A stretch of DNA of 64,000 nucleotides from Azolla caroliniana. Its lineage: Eukaryota > Plantae > Polypodiophyta. A model generated the notes under the pieces. That model was not told the DNA's origin. It saw only the letters and a list, made by a program, of their open reading frames with translations, and did not search any database. Each line of letters opens with the position of its first letter. The stretch's first letter is position 1. Location of the stretch: assembly GCA_043228905.1 (NCBI GenBank), contig JBHGNT010000138.1:4660-68659 (forward strand), read 5' to 3'. Shown here piece by piece: positions 62,635 to 64,000 of this stretch. The position numbers were made by a program, and so were the translations under genes.

Positions 62635-63600
62635 TCGACAACCAACACAAGGCGACCCGCAAATTCGCAAGTAGATGGTTCGGCCCTACACGGTGACGAG
62701 GCGAACGACAACGGCACGTACCATCTTGCGGAGCTCGACAGGACACGATTGGTGGTGTCGGTAGCCAGGAAGCGGATTAAAACGTTCAACAAACGGTACG
62801 AAGACGAGCCGGAGCGGGGGAGCGATAACGACGACGATTGGCTCGGGGACGCCGATAATTCGAAGAGCGACGAGTGAGCGCGAGCCGGTTTTCTCCGGTA
62901 TCTGTCCCTCTCCGGCGCATACCGGTGCATGCGCGGTTTGGTGGGGGTGGATGTTGTGAAGAAAACCGGCCAGAAGCGGAAACGATGAAGTAGGGCGCAT
63001 GAACCAGCCCTACACTTTTCTACACCAATTAATACCTTGTATATAACTAGGAGTAGGACGGAGGGTGTAAATAAACTAGATGTGACGCATCAAATGTCTA
63101 GGAAATCAAAGAGTATCTCTGTCCGAAAGGACAGAGAAGGAATCGATGAAAACGAGGGTGCAATGGCCTGCTCGACGGCCTATAAAAGGGAAGGAAGCTG
63201 GCGGATGAAGGGATCGCGTTTTTGGGGAGCGAGGACGAAGTGTTGTCAGACTGGGACCGAGCTCTCTCCTCCATCATTCGTCGTTCTCTGCAGGATTTTG
63301 GATTTAGTTGCCTCTACTTTGTGGACAACCCGTGTGCTTCTGGTAGAGGCTCCACAGTGCAGTCGGCTCTGTGTGCGTGTGTGAGCCTCATGCGTGTTTG
63401 TTTGTATTCGCCTGAGTTGGGTTCGTTGTCGGCTTGCCGGTTGTAATCGTTACTGATTTTGTAATTAAGACTTTGTTCTCCCTCTCTTTCTCCCTCTGTG
63501 TTTCTGCAAGCTGTCTCTCTCTCTTCTTTCTCACGCTCCTTGGTTCAAGGCCCCCGCGGTCCCGCCTCTCTCCGCACGCGAAGAGCGTAACAGCTCGACA
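62635..63600 (+). mobile_element. Non-chromovirus Gypsy (Tat/Athila-like) 3' fragment: integrase GPY/F tail and probable LTR
   Basis: RKFASRWFGP(Y)TV..NDNGTYHLAELDRTRLVVSVARKRIKTF (with frameshifts) at ~62655-62795; TATAAAAG at 63181 in downstream LTR-like sequence. Boundaries uncertain. Confidence 0.6.
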
Positions 63601-63639
63601 ACGTACTTCTCCTATGACAACCACAACAGCTTCTTCGAC

Positions 63640-64000
63640 CGGTTCCGGATGATGTGCATGGCCAATATTTGTCTTGTTGGACCCAAGTCTTTCATTGAGA
63701 AGGTCCGGTTAAGAGCCTTCTTCAGCATCTGAATCTTGCCTTAGTCTCGTCCGACGATCAACATATCATTCACATATAGAAGAAGTATCAGGAAATCTCC
63801 TCTATCAAATTTCTTCACAAACACACAATGGTCGGCCTGCGTCTTCTAGTACCCTTGGTCGGTCATGAATGAGTCGAACTTTCGGTACCATTGTCGAGGG
63901 GCTTGATTCAATTCGTATAAGCTCTTCTGCAGCTGGCACACCAGGTGCTCATTCCCTTTCTTCTCAAATCCTTCCGGTTGATGCATGTAGATCTCTTCTT
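63640..64000 (-). mobile_element. Copia RT fragment running off the window end
   Basis: EIYMHQPEGF, LQKSLYELNQAPRQWYRKF, FLILLLYVNDMLIVG. Confidence 0.85.

Noticed and set aside
1-64000. tRNA, rRNA or other structured RNA genes
   Set aside because: None recognised; TGGTATCAGAGC matches are retroelement primer-binding sites, not tRNA genes.

Overview
Eukaryotic, land-plant nuclear DNA; probably a fern or other non-seed vascular plant, inferred from the Tcn1-like chromovirus and the Copia types. Only one host gene is present: a complete 13-exon ferroportin-family gene (IREG3/FPN3/MAR1-like, about 591 aa, predicted organellar transit peptide) on the minus strand at 269-5594, with a three-copy ~160-bp tandem repeat upstream. 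From ~6.7 kb to the end the window is a deeply nested field of decayed LTR retrotransposons. It contains several Ty1/Copia elements (three bounded by paired LTRs and 5-bp TSDs), one full-length Ty3/Gypsy chromovirus (18768-24428), solo LTRs, a non-autonomous LTR element and a captured DNA-transposase fragment. The most interesting signals are mechanistic: (i) the chromovirus has no tRNA PBS but a Tf1-type self-priming signature and a -1 frameshift cassette; (ii) a 598-bp insertion (11915-12512) looks like an integrated fold-back cDNA of a related self-priming element, with U3 at both ends, so that an LTR mimics a TIR/MITE element; (iii) a 1.7-kb Sola-like transposase fragment was pasted into a Copia integrase with templated filler junctions; (iv) a Copia family carries a duplicated PPT motif and a conserved charged C-terminal extension after RNase H. 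All alignments and counts were done by eye.
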